Positions 63,343 through 64,000 of a DNA stretch of 64,000 nucleotides are shown piece after piece. The stretch comes from Polyangiales bacterium. Its GTDB lineage: Bacteria; Myxococcota_A; Polyangia; Polyangiales; Polyangiaceae. The DNA lies in contig JBBRLQ010000021.1 in the NCBI GenBank assembly GCA_038231275.1, positions 1 through 64,000 on the forward strand, in the 5' to 3' direction. Positions within the stretch are counted from its first letter, which is position 1; each line of letters begins with the position of its first letter. The notes under the pieces are model-generated. The model saw only the letters and a list, made by a program, of their open reading frames with translations. It was not told the DNA's origin and did not search any database. A program made the translations under genes and the position numbers.

Positions 63343-64000
63343 CTACTTCCGCAGGTAGGCTCGGCTGTCGCCGCCCCGCTCGAGGAACTCTTCGTAGCTC
63401 CCGCCGAAGTCCGTCGCGCTCGTGAACTTAACCCCGTCCTTCTCGACCGGCGCGAGCTCGATGACGCGATTCACCAGCGACGCGACGAAGTGCCGGTCGT
63501 GGCTGACCACGACAACGGTCCCCTCGAACAGCTTCAGGCCGTCCAGGAGACCTTCGATCGACTCGATGTCGAGGTGGTTGGTCGGCTCGTCCAAGATGAG
63601 GACGTTGTGCTTCAATAGGAGCAGCTTCGACAAGAGCAGGCGCGCGCACTCGCCGCCGCTCAACGCCTCGACCGGCTTCAGCGCCGCCTCACCGGAGAAG
63701 AGGAGGCGACCGAGGATCGACCGGATCGACTCCTGCGGCGCGGCGGTGTCGAAGGCGTAGAGCCACTGGAACGCGTTGGTCCCCGCCGACGCGTGCGAGA
63801 GCGCTTCGTGGTGGTCTTGGGCGAAGTAGCCGACGGACGTGTCGTGGCCCCACTTGACCTGACCCTTGCCTCCGTCCGGCGCGAGCACGTCCTTCTTCGT
63901 GTCCGCGTCGAGCCGGTCGAAGCCGCCGACCATCAACTTGAGGAGGGTCGACTTGCCGATGCCGTTTGGGCCGATGACCGCGATCTTCTCGCCGCGGTTG
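63343..64000 (-). CDS. ABC-F family ATPase, second NBD (5' part outside the window)
   Basis: Frame open to the edge: GEKIAVIGPNGIGKSTLLK, GYFAQDH, LSGGE, ILDEPTNHLD, VSHDRHF. Confidence 0.93.
   Translation of the reverse strand, partial: NRGEKIAVIGPNGIGKSTLLKLMVGGFDRLDADTKKDVLAPDGGKGQVKWGHDTSVGYFAQDHHEALSHASAGTNAFQWLYAFDTAAPQESIRSILGRLLFSGEAALKPVEALSGGECARLLLSKLLLLKHNVLILDEPTNHLDIESIEGLLDGLKLFEGTVVVVSHDRHFVASLVNRVIELAPVEKDGVKFTSATDFGGSYEEFLERGGDSRAYLRK

Overview
Very GC-rich, gene-dense bacterial DNA. Its gene content (giant TPR proteins, Cys-rich and Pro/Ser-rich lipoproteins, a Hanks-type Ser/Thr kinase, an MJ0042-type zinc-ribbon protein, PilT paralogues) points to a myxobacterium, probably Polyangiales/Sorangiineae-like (inference). 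It looks like core chromosome: lon (5'-truncated), tRNA-Val(TAC) and tRNA-Asp(GTC), ldcA-like S66 peptidase, sppA, DinG helicase, eno, two PilT-family ATPases, a GMC oxidoreductase and an ABC-F ATPase cut by the right edge. I saw no integrase, transposase, rRNA or CRISPR array. The best candidate for an undescribed system is a tightly coupled four-gene operon at 13137-16036: carrier protein, SerRS-like amino acid:[carrier protein] ligase and two paralogous left-handed beta-helix acyltransferases. It lies close to a GNAT and a Wzx-type flippase, suggesting a tRNA-independent route for aminoacylating a surface glycan. Other oddities: an ACP-like protein lacking the phosphopantetheine Ser, a membrane-anchored ECF sigma factor, a PilT pair with complementary His-box losses, an M23 peptidase with HxH changed to HxP, an inverted-topology ComEA-like protein, a 52-aa zinc-ribbon microprotein missed by the ORF track, and many apparently leaderless promoters. 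All calls come from reading motifs by eye; no database search was run.
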